Virus record (IMG/VR): IMGVR_UViG_3300034072_002211
Coordinates: 1 to 64,000 of that record
Length of the DNA stretch: 64,000 nucleotides
Strand: one strand, 5' to 3'
Shown: one piece after another, positions 1 through 11,400 of the stretch
How the letters are laid out: every line of letters begins with the position of its first letter
Position numbering within the stretch: the first letter of the stretch is position 1
The notes under the pieces: generated by a model
Seen by the model: the letters and a program-made list of their open reading frames with translations, nothing else
The model's database searches: none
Told to the model about the DNA's origin: nothing
Made by a program: the position numbers and the translations under genes

Positions 1-2475
1 AGGTCGGATGGTAACGGCAACAGCTCGCCCAACACTGGCTTCTTCCTCTACTTCAAGCAGGGCACACTACAGAAGACCGACTATGCGATCTCTGAGCCAC
101 AGGAAAACCGCACCATCTATCTGGATACCCAGAACGTCAACGAAACTGACGTGTGGGTTCAGACGGTTGATGACTTTGGTTCGCTTCTGCCAAACGGTGA
201 TTGGACTCGTGTGGGTCACGTCCCCAGCGACGATCTCGTCAAGGTTCTGCTGACTACTGAGAACATCACCTACAACTCCATTGATCCAGAGGTTCAGACG
301 ATCTACCAGGTCGTTACTCAAGAACAGGACCGCGTTGCTCTGAGGTTTGGTGACGGTCGCTTCGGCAAGTCTCCAGTTGGCAACCTGCGCGTTTGGTATC
401 GTGTTTCTGCGAATCAGAACCTCAACATTCGTCCTGAAGACATGCAGGGCATTAGCATCCAGGTTCCTTTCTACGCACGCAACAATACCCAGAAGCGCGT
501 GACTTTCACCTTTGCGCTTCAGGAAGCTGTCAACAACAGCGTGGCAAGCGAGACCAACGCTGATATCCGTCGTCGCGCTGCTCGTGCGTATGGCACCCAG
601 GGTCGAATGGTGTCTGGCTCGGACTACAATGAGCTGCCAGTCCAGACCAATCTGGCCGTCAAGCTCAAGGCCGTGAACCGCGTTTATTCTGGCCAGAGCC
701 GTTTCATCGATCTCAACGACCCAACTGGTAACTATCAGAACACTCAGGTCTTTGCTGACGATGGTGCGTTCTACCTGCTGGAGAAGAACGATTCCGTGGA
801 AGTTGCCCACACTGTGGCTTCCGTGGAAGAGATGATGACCAACTATATCGCGACTGTGGCATCTAGTGTTCCTCTGCGCGACTTCTACAGCAACTGGCTC
901 TACAGAAATCTACCAGCAGACCAAATCTACTTGCCAACCTATAATCACTTCTCCAACGACTATACGGCGCGTTCCGATACCCGCCGCGAAGTTCGTGAGA
1001 ACCTAGAACTCAACCGCACCTTTGCTCTGGGCTTCAACAACGACCCAGCTGAAGGTTGGTATGTGCTGAGCTCTAGCGAGATCAACCCTGATCTCACCGC
1101 TGGTTATGAGTTTGGAACTACGGCAAACCCTGGTCCGAACAGCTGGCTCATCCATGTGGAATACACCAGTGGCTTCTGGCGTATTACCAACCGCGGCCTC
1201 AACTATGTCTTTGAGTCGGAGCAGGACTGCAAGTTCTTCTTTGTTAGCGACTACAAGAGCATTGACCCCAACACGGGTAAGGCCGGTTCGGACACCATCA
1301 CGTTGCTCAGGGCACCTAACAACTTCAACGGTGTTGTGCTCAAGCGTCCTGATCCCAACAACTCGGCGGTACTCCAGGATGTCAGGCTCTTTGAGGATCT
1401 GGTCCTCAAGCTTGAGGCACCATTTGTCTACGATGACGGCTTCCATGAGCCTTCGCGTGTCAAGGTGCGCTTCAACGATCGTCTGAGCGATGGTATTCCA
1501 GACTTTCCATACACCTACAAGGCACTCAAGAACCTCGATCCCAGCAAGAATGCGATTGTTCACTTGAACACCTATGATACTGACGGCTATCCAGTGCAGA
1601 AGCTAGTCAAGCGTCTGAGCACGGGTGAGAACGGTGTGATCACTGGTCAGCTGATGCCAGGTGTGTTTGGCTTTGTGGAGCGCGTTGAAGGTGGAAATCG
1701 TCTGGTGAGCATCTACAAGGGTAATCCCGCCTACTTGACGCCAAAGGCCGCTGATATGGTTCTTTTCCCTGGTAGTGATTCGCTTCCTGTCACTGACCGT
1801 GCCGCTGATTTCGTTTCGGTTTCGGGTGACAAGTTCACGGTTCAGGAAGGTATCAACGGTCTGATCTACAAGTGGCAGCATTTTGCTCCATCGAACCATC
1901 GCATCGACCCAGCAATCTCGAACATCATCGATATCTTTGTTCTCACTCGTGAGTATAATGATTCGATGATCAGCTGGCGCAACGCTGGTGCTGTCTTGGC
2001 TGATATGCCCAAGGCCCCCAGCGAACTCAACCTGAGGACCACGTTCAATCCTCTCGAGGAGTTCAAGATGTTCAGCGATGAAATCATCTGGCGTCCGGTG
2101 AAGTTCAAGCTGCTCTTTGGACAGAGTGCTGCTCCTCAGTATCAGAGCAAGTTCAAGATTGTTAAGCTGGCGGGCACCGCAATGTCCGATGGTGAAATCA
2201 AGAGCCAGGTCATCGAAGCCATCCGAGATTTCTTCGATGTAAATAACTGGGAATTTGGTGAGACGTTCTTCTTCTCTGAGTTGGGTGCCTACATTCACAG
2301 GCGCCTCAGCACTTCGATTTCGAGCGTTGAAATTGTTCCAGTTCTCAATGATAGTTACTTTGGTAACTTGCGTGAAATTAGGTGCGCTCCCGACGAGCTG
2401 TTCTTCGCAACGGCACAGGTCAGTGACATTGACATCATCAGCGCAAACACGCCAACGAACCTCAGGATTAGGTAA
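1..2475 (+). CDS. Baseplate wedge subunit (T4 gp6-like), 5'-truncated by window edge
   Basis: Frame is open from base 1 (RSDGNGNSSPNTGFFLYFKQG...), upstream of the tracked GTG at 151; contains LRFGDGRFGKSP and AYGTQGRMVSGSDY, typical of myophage gp6-like wedge proteins; TAATG overlap with next gene. Confidence 0.7.
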   Translation, partial: RSDGNGNSSPNTGFFLYFKQGTLQKTDYAISEPQENRTIYLDTQNVNETDVWVQTVDDFGSLLPNGDWTRVGHVPSDDLVKVLLTTENITYNSIDPEVQTIYQVVTQEQDRVALRFGDGRFGKSPVGNLRVWYRVSANQNLNIRPEDMQGISIQVPFYARNNTQKRVTFTFALQEAVNNSVASETNADIRRRAARAYGTQGRMVSGSDYNELPVQTNLAVKLKAVNRVYSGQSRFIDLNDPTGNYQNTQVFADDGAFYLLEKNDSVEVAHTVASVEEMMTNYIATVASSVPLRDFYSNWLYRNLPADQIYLPTYNHFSNDYTARSDTRREVRENLELNRTFALGFNNDPAEGWYVLSSSEINPDLTAGYEFGTTANPGPNSWLIHVEYTSGFWRITNRGLNYVFESEQDCKFFFVSDYKSIDPNTGKAGSDTITLLRAPNNFNGVVLKRPDPNNSAVLQDVRLFEDLVLKLEAPFVYDDGFHEPSRVKVRFNDRLSDGIPDFPYTYKALKNLDPSKNAIVHLNTYDTDGYPVQKLVKRLSTGENGVITGQLMPGVFGFVERVEGGNRLVSIYKGNPAYLTPKAADMVLFPGSDSLPVTDRAADFVSVSGDKFTVQEGINGLIYKWQHFAPSNHRIDPAISNIIDIFVLTREYNDSMISWRNAGAVLADMPKAPSELNLRTTFNPLEEFKMFSDEIIWRPVKFKLLFGQSAAPQYQSKFKIVKLAGTAMSDGEIKSQVIEAIRDFFDVNNWEFGETFFFSELGAYIHRRLSTSISSVEIVPVLNDSYFGNLREIRCAPDELFFATAQVSDIDIISANTPTNLRIR

Positions 2476-5400
2476 TGGCCAAGAAGACTAATCGTAACCC
2501 ATTCGCGTTCACTCCGATTGTCCTGGATCAGGACAACCATGAGAAGCGCCGCGTCATCAAGCAGCTTCCTGCTGTCCATCAGACTGAAACGCTTCAGAAG
2601 TTCTTTGGCGCTTCCTTGGATCATCTCTTTGATCCAGGTAAGGGTAAGCCAATCAATGGTTACGTGGGTCAGAAGCCTCTTTGGTATGATCCTGATCAGG
2701 ACTATTACCTCGAAGAGGGAACGGACGACCGCACCTTCTACCAGCTGGAAGCCAGCATGGTCAGCAAGAACGTCGAGGGTCAGCTCACTGACCTTCTGCC
2801 TTATCCTGATCTGGTTAACCAGCTGCGCTTCCAGGGCGCTCTGACGAACAACCACAACAGGTTGTTCTCGCAGGATTTCTACACCTGGTGCCCACCCATC
2901 GATCTGGACAAGATTGTCAACTTCCGCCAGTATGTCTGGCTTCCAATTGACGACGTCGCACCAACGAGCACCTTTGAAGACGGTCAGACCGACGGTTGGA
3001 TCCTAGCCGATGGTACCCCAGCCCCTGTGAGTGGTCCATACTCAGGAATCAACAAGTTCGTTGGTCGATTCGCTGGCACTCCAGCTGGCGATCAGGTTGT
3101 CAGCAAGACCTTCACGCTGAATAGCGCAATCACGACTGCTAATGCTCAGTTCGACTTCCTTAAGTTGGACTCGTGGGACTACGCTGGCGGCTCTGCTGGT
3201 GTTCGTGAGCGTTTGGTCGTTTACATCAACGATCAGGTTGCTTTTGAATTCACCCCAGTTGGTATCTCAGGTGAAGGCGGTCTAAGCCTCGGTAGTGGCA
3301 CGATTTCGCTCGGCGATATTACCGGCACCTACAACGTGACCTCACCAGGTGTTGACACTCACCTGGGCGCTTCGGCGACTTGGACTGATCGCGTTTATCG
3401 TGTTACGGTCAATCTCACTGGCACTGGTAAGACCTTCAAGCTTGGCTTTGGTTCCACTACCAACCAGGCCATCGATGACGAATCGCTTGGTATCGACAAC
3501 GTTCGCGTTTGGCAGTCCAGCAAGACTGGTATTGAACTCAACGGTCCGACTCACAAGAGCATCAGTCCTGGAACCACCAAGGACTACTTCCTGCCAGGAT
3601 ATGGTCCAACCGGCGATCCTGAGCTTAAGAAGTTCTACGATCTCAGCATCCTGACTGACAAGCTGATCCATGCTGAAGTCGATGGCGTCTCGAGGTCGTT
3701 CACTTACGTTCCGGGTCAGGACAAGATCACCTTTGACCAGCGCCCAGCTGCTGACGCGGAAGTCTCGATCTCTGTTTATAGCGATCTTGAGAATAACGCC
3801 ATTGGCCTGCCAAACGCACGTCCCGAAGCTTTCGGTGGTGTTCAGCTGAGCTCTGGTATGAGGGTGATCATTACCCTCGATCGCAACTCGGATTTCAAGA
3901 AGAGCAACGTCTATATTGTTGAAGGCGTTGGTAGCAGCATCTTCCTCATCAAGGAAGAAGATTGGGGCGCGGGCGCAGCACCTGACTATATGGTCATGGC
4001 CCGTGGCGCAGCAAACCGAAATGAGTGGTCCACCCGTAACCGTTGGTTCCATGTCAGCACTCTGCCTGACAACATGGATCCAGACTATGTGTTGAAGCAG
4101 AGGGCAACTCGTCCAATCATTGAGTTCAACAGGGATCTGGAACTCTACAACTATGGTCTGCGTCGTCGACTCGACGTTGATCTGGTCGTGGAGAACATTG
4201 AAGACCTCAATGGTTACATGAACCAGTTTCCACAGGATGTGACGCTCGGTGGTGTTCGCATCACCACTCGCGGAACCACTCTGATCAATGTTGCGGCAGT
4301 TAACCCACGCACTGGCACCACCTACGGTGACGTGTCGAGCATCCGCGTGATGGTCCGCAACACCGTGAACCCACTGCTGAACAACAATGTCCTGGTTCTG
4401 GTAAACCAGGGTGGTGCTCTCAAGTTGATCCTTGAAACTGATGGTGAGAATCCATCGGGTGAGCCAGTTTACGGTGAAGTGTTCAACGTTCTGCTGGGCA
4501 GCTACTCGGGCAAGAACCTACACTGGGATGGTACCAACTGGGTTGAAAGCCAGCACAAGGTTAAGGCTAATCAGGCTCCTCTGTTTGAGCTCTATGATCT
4601 CAACGGCAACAGCCTGCGCGATGAGGGTCTCTATCCCAACAGCACTTTCAAGGGTTCGCGACTGTTTGGCTACAGGATTGACACTACTGGTTCGCGCATT
4701 GCGGATCAGGCACTTGGCTTGCCACTGATTCACGACAACAAGGGTCAGATCCAGTTTGAGAACTATCTCTCGACTGAGACCTACCAGTATGTGGTGGGCG
4801 GCAAGTTCCTCGATATCGTGGGCTTCTACTTCCACAAGGTCGGCAATATCGACGCTGAGCTAGAGACTCTGAGTAACGACTGGTATAAGGCTCCAACTCA
4901 GACTCGCCAGTTCATGGTTGACCGTTATGTGAGCGATGGCCGCACCAAGCTCTTCAACATCAGCCAGAACGCACAGGACATCACAGTGACCCGAGGTCGC
5001 GTGAATGAGAGCAAGTCCTTCGAGCGCACCACGCTGGTTGAAGACAAGGACTTTATCCGCGTTGGTCGTCAGATCATGATCATCAACATCCAGCTGGGTG
5101 ATGTGATTGAGATCCGCACCTACAGCTCTGAGAATCCACCGGCTGATGCCAAGGGTCACTATGAGGTTCCTCTGAACCTGCAGGCTAACCCAGACAACGC
5201 TGAGGTCGATTTCATGACCAAGGGCGACTTCTACGATCACTTCAGTGAGATCATGAAGAAGCAGGCTGGTTTCAAGGGTGCTGAATACAGCGACAACAAT
5301 TTCCGTGACACCCCCAAGGCGCCAAACCTCGGCACGCATATCATTCAGCACTCTGCTGGTCTGCTGAAGACCATGTTGCTGGCTGGTAACTCGCAGCTGG

Positions 5401-8400
5401 ATATTACCGCAGCTATCCGTTATGCTGATGCTGAGTATGCTCGCTTCAAGGACAAGTTCCAGAAGAAGATCCTCAGCTACACCTTCACTGGTCGTCTCGC
5501 AAATGCCGAGAACTATGACGTGTGGATCAACACGGCACTGGATGAGCTGAACAAGGGCAAGACCAAGCACTTTGCGTTCTACCTTTCGGGTATGGCGCAG
5601 AACGAGTCCAACCGTCTGCCAACGTTCATCCCACCAACTCCAAGTTTCCTCGGCGTCTACCCTCTGTATGCCCCTGAGCTGATCTCTCAGGAGGTCGAGG
5701 GCGCGGACGATGTCTGGTTCGTTCGAGGCCATGATGGTTCTCTGACCCTGGGTGAGAACGAAACTTGCGCCCGTGTGCTCCATGCTCTCGAGCTCAGGAT
5801 CTTCGACAGCGTTACGGCAACTGTTCGCTTGCGTGACCGTCCTGCTTGTGACTTCCAGGAAGCCTATAGTGATCAGTATCGAACCAACGAGTATTCCTAT
5901 GAGGAATACCTACAGGTTCTGCGCCCATCCTTTGAGCGTTGGAGCGTTGCTTACCGTCAGGATTACAAGGTCAACGACCTATCGGATACCACTATTGAGT
6001 CCAAGATCAACCGTAAGGCGAATCCTTGGATGTGGAACTGGTCGTCGGTCCCAATGGCCAATGGTCAGAGTGTCCCAGGTCACTGGCGTGGTATCTATGA
6101 GAAGTTCTATGGCACTCAGCGTCCTGATCTGACGCCTTGGGAAAGCCTAGGCTTTGCGATCAAGCCAGAATGGTGGGATGACCGTTATGGTCCAGCGCCT
6201 TACACCAGCGAGAACCTTGTTCTCTGGGATGATTTGGAGCAGGGTTATATCCATGAGGGTGAACGTCGCGGTATCAATGCCAAGTGGGCTCGCCCAGGTC
6301 TTCAGCAGTTCATGCCTGTTGACGCAAGGGGTCGCCTGCGCCACCCTGGTCCTCGCGATTTGATTGCTTACAATAATGTGACTGCTGACACTGATCTCAG
6401 CTACATTCCAGACCCAACCTACTTCACTGAAGAAAACGGCGGTGGCTGGTTCTGGAAGGTTGAGAACGACACCTACTTGGGTGATGAAGTCCGTGGTCGC
6501 TTTGAGACCAAGGCCGAAGCACTGGCTGACTACGTTCGCTCCTGGGAAGACCGTCACGATGACGGGGTGCTGGGTTGTGGCATCTGTCCTCAGGTTCCTC
6601 TTTACAGCGATCGCGCTGCTGACTGGAACTTTGGTGATATTGGTCCAGTGGAGCAGACTTGGAGGCGTTCGAGCGCATTCGCATTCGCTGCCGCAACTGC
6701 CGGCTATCTCATGAAGCCAGCAAAGTTCGTTGAGCTGGGCTGGAACACCCAGGACATTGGTCTGTTCTTCAAGAACACTCCAAACGAGCAGTGGCTGAAT
6801 CAGGATACCAAGGGCCGCCCACAGCATCGTGAGCTGCAGGTTCATGGCGAAGTCTTGGAAGATCTCAGCCTCGTGACTAAGGTTGGTATTCAGCAGTGGG
6901 TCAGTGACCTGCTCGCCAGCAAGAACACCGCAATCAACGAGAACTTCGCAACTCGCGTGCGCGGTCTGGGTTCACAGCTCAGCTATAAGGTGGCCGGTTT
7001 CACTGATAGCCAGACTCTGGTTGCAGTTACTGACGCATTTGGCCGCGTGCCAAGTGAAGATATCACTATCTCGCTCTACAGGTCACCAAGCATTCGTGAG
7101 GAAACCTACAGTGGTGTGGCAATTGAATACACCGGTCGTGGATATGAGATCTACGGTTATGACGCACTGAATCCTTACTTCAGTGTGATGGCTCCTGCCA
7201 TCCACGCTGGTAGGATCAGTGTTGGTGACGGCGCCAAGAGCGCAGCGGTTCCAAACTGGAACCCAGGCACCTATTACAGCGTTGATATCACGGTCAAGTA
7301 TCAGGACAACTTCTATCGTTCCAACAAGACCCACACCAGCTCTAGCTTCTTTGAGCCTGAGTTCTGGACGCAGGTTGCTCGCCCTCAGTATGCTGATGGT
7401 TCCACTCTGCTTTGGTATCTCGAGGGTGAACTAGACCCTGTTGCTGAGAAGATTGCCTATGGCACCGTGCTCAAGACGCCACAGGATGTCGCTGACTTCC
7501 TCAATGGCTACCAGCGTTACCTGGAATCTCGTGGCTGGATCTTTGAAAATCTGGGCGAGGATGAACAGGAAGTTCGCGATTGGAAGCAGGCACTGAAGAG
7601 CTTCATCACTTGGAGCCGCGCAGATGTTCGTCAGCCAGGCGATTACATCACTTTGAGCCCAAGCAGCAAGCTGGTTCGTTTCGCTACGGATCAGGGCACT
7701 ATTCAGCCCATCGAGCAGATCATCAATGGTCTCTATGCGATTGTGGATCAGAATGGCCAGCCCATTGACAGCCAGGCAACTCGCGTGGTTCGCAACGATG
7801 GCAACATCACAGTGACCTGTGACGCGTCTACGAGCGGCATCTTTGGTCTGAGGCTCTACGTAAGTGAACTGGAGCATGTTCTGGTCTTCAACAACAAGAC
7901 CATCTTCGGCGATACCATTTACTCGCCGCTGCTGAACATCAAGCAGCCACGTATTCGCCTTCAGGGCTTCAAGACTGTTGGCTGGAAGGGTCGCATTGAC
8001 GCCCCTGGTTTCATCGTTACTGGTGACCGTCTGACGCCAAACTTTGAACGTGCGGCTGACGACTTCCGTCGCTTCTTCGACATTGAATCCATGGAGAACA
8101 AGAAGCTTCAGGACCGTGCGCGTGCGAACTTTGGTTATGAGGAAAAGGAATACCTCAACAACCTGCTGCTCACCCCAACGAACCAGTTTGAGTTCTATCA
8201 GGGCATGATTCAGCAGAAGGGTTCTTCGACCTCGATGCGCCGTCTCCTGCGCTCCAACTTCATCCGCCACAACAAGGGCCTGAAGCTGTTCGAGGAGTGG
8301 GCATTCCGCGTTGGTGATTACGGCGGCCAGGAGGTTACGCCGCAGCTGGATATCCAGATTCGCCAAAGCGAGTTCAAGCACAACCCACAGCTGATTCAGT

Positions 8401-11400
8401 TCAGCAATGCTGTGACGCCAAACACCTATGGTATCATCGACGTGGTGGACCTCAATGTGGGTCAGGACAACCGCGCACTTGATGATCGTTGGCACTGGCG
8501 CCCAGACATGAAGGCAATTGAATGGCCACTCCGTGACTTCGGTCAGGGCGATGCTCCTCTGCCAACTGCTGGCTATGTGAACCTCGATGAAGTCCGCTTC
8601 ACAGTTGCCACCAAGGCTGAGTTTGAGGACTTCTTCGGTCAGCAAGAAGCTACCGATGAGCCCCTGGAAGCAGGCGACCGCGTTTGGGTTTACGGCATCG
8701 GTTCTGGCAAGCCAGAGGATTCGTGGATGACCTACAAGTTCCACGACACTGGTTACAACATCCTGAACACCTTTATGCCAACCTTTGAGGGTCAGGGCAC
8801 TGTGGTTCAGTTGGACCAGAACATCAAGGGTTATCAGAACGCTGACACAAACCCATGGAACACCACGTTCTATGTGGCTCAGCCTCTGCTGGCAGGTGAA
8901 AACGACGAGAATGGTAACGCAATCTCGGGCGAAATGCTGGTTCTCAAGAACCTCCAGGATGCTGACGTTAACCCACGCACTACCTACAAGCCAAGGGTGC
9001 TGGGCAAGGCAAAGCTGGCTCTCACTGGAACCAGTGGCACCACCGGCTTTGTGATGGGCTTCACTCCTGAGGCTCAGCAGATGATCCACAGGATCAAGGT
9101 TATTGTCGATGAACCATTCGCTGAGGGTTCCACGTTTGAGCTGGGATACCAGAACGACTTGGATGCTTTCGTGGCTATCCGTGAGGAAGATCAGAGGGAC
9201 ATTTATCCAACCAACTACGACAACGAAGCGGTGTTGGTTCAGACCCCTGCGACGTCCTACATGCCACCAAACGTCTCGACTGCTGACGTTGAATTGATCC
9301 GTGTGGGTCGAGTCTCGAACTTCTGTGCTCAGACGGTGGTTGAATGGTATTGGACCCGCAGCGACGGTTCTACGGCAAATGGCTCGGTGACGTTCCTGCG
9401 TCCTAGCGACGTTGTTGGTGACACTGACACGGATGATGCCTACCTGCAGACCATCCAGCTGCCAGTTACCCCTTCTGCTATGTCGGGCACATTGAGGGTT
9501 GTGACCAACGGTGTTCAGACTGACGTTCAGGTTCTGACTTTCCTCCGCACAAACCAGGCCGGCATCAACTCGGTTGATCTGACCCGTGCTGCTACCTATG
9601 AGTTCAGCCGCGCTGTCGGTATGTCCATGTATCCATGGAACACCAACACGGCTGGTGCTGATCGCGAGATGATCGCAACTCTGAACAGCCTTGGCACGCA
9701 GGGTTCTTTGCGCGTTGAGGTCGACTACTTCTACGTCAAGGGTTTTGAGCTTACCGAAGTGCTTAACGGCGCTGTGGTTCCAGCAACTTCCAACGTTGAT
9801 GGCGGCACCGCTGATGTGTTCACTTGGATTAAGACTCGCTACCCAAGCCTGAACGGCATCTCGGGTGCCCTACAGGACGGCGATCTTATTGAGGTTGACT
9901 CGGCACATGACACCCCAGGTCGTTGGGCTGTCTACAAGAAGGTCGTCAGTGAGTGGACCATCGTGCGTCGTCAGAATCGCAAGATCAACAGCGATCTCCT
10001 GACTAGCGCAGGTATCTTCAACAGCCAGGAGAACAAGCTCAAGCTGATTCTTCAGGTCTATGATCCCTACAAGGGCTTCATCCCAGGTGTCGCTGATCGC
10101 GAACTGGAATTCAAGACCTTTAACGATCCTGCGGTTTACAATGACGGTCGTATGATCTGGGGTAAGGAACAGGTTGGTAAGCTGTGGTGGGACCTCAGCG
10201 CTGTTCGCTATCTCGATTATGAAATCTATGACTCTTGGAAGTCGAATGACCACAGTGGTGTAAACTACCGCTGGAAGAACTGGGGCCGTGTTGCTCCAAA
10301 CTCCAGCGTGGATATCTACCAGTGGGTCAGGAGTCCAGTTGCTCCAAATGGCTGGTCTGACTACGTTGAGAGCAAGGCTGATCTGAAGATTGACAACAAG
10401 CCAACTGGCACTGTCGAGGAAGACGCCAAGTATGTCACCGCCACTGAGTGGAATGATGATATCCAAGCTGACGAGACAATCTATTACTTTTGGGTTAAGA
10501 ACCCAACGGTTGTTCCAACTCTGCCTTCGCGCAAGCTGTCGGCAAAGCAGGTCAGCAACATCCTCACGGATCCAGCAGCCAACGACATTCCGTTCTTTGC
10601 GGTCATTGACACCAACAAGGTGATCGTAGGTGGTATCAAGCAGTTCCTCAACGAAACTGATACGGTGCTCAAGATCAAGTGGCTCAAGGATGCTGAGATC
10701 ACCAACAACCACCACAAGCAGTGGATGATTCTGCGTGAGGAAGACGAGCGCAACACCATCAACGACACGCTATGGAACAAGATGCGTGACTCGCTGGTTG
10801 GTTGGGACTCGACTCAGAAGTATGTGCCTGATGAGAAGCTACCAGGGGCTCAGCAGATTGGTGCTATGGTTCGTCCTCGCCAGAGCTGGTTCCCAGCTGA
10901 TGCTTCGCCAAATGGCGGGCAGCGTCCAAGTCGTAGCGCCCGCGCGGCATTCGTGGATTGTCTGAATGACATCCTGAGTGAGCAGCCGTTCATCGACCAG
11001 TGGTATAACTGGAGCGAAGTGTTTGACAAGGGTGAGAACCTGCCAGCACCAGACCGCTACATCACCACTGCGCTGGATCTTGTTGATCTTCGCAACTTGC
11101 TGCCAGCGGCACGCAATATGGTTCAGCCCGGCGAATGCGTGCTCATTCAGAACACTGCAGAAGCTGCTGGTTTCTGGACCCTGTGGAAGCTGGTTGAAAT
11201 TGCTGGCCAGCGCCAGTTTATCCTCGAGGACTTCCAGAAGTGGAGGATGCAGGAGGGCGAACTGTGGAGTCTTGCTGATTGGTATGCTGATGGTTGGTCG
11301 GCTAAGAACTTCCCCAACTATCGTTTCCCAACCACTGCGGCACGCGATGCGGCAGGTAACTTGGACGTGACTCTGCTGAAGGGCACGTTGGTTCAGATTG

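Noticed and set aside
7431-9089. Long antisense ORFs (e.g. 7431-9089 -, 11631-12938 -, 36867-38369 +)
   Set aside because: Shadows of strongly codon-biased genes on the opposite strand; no motifs or RBS.
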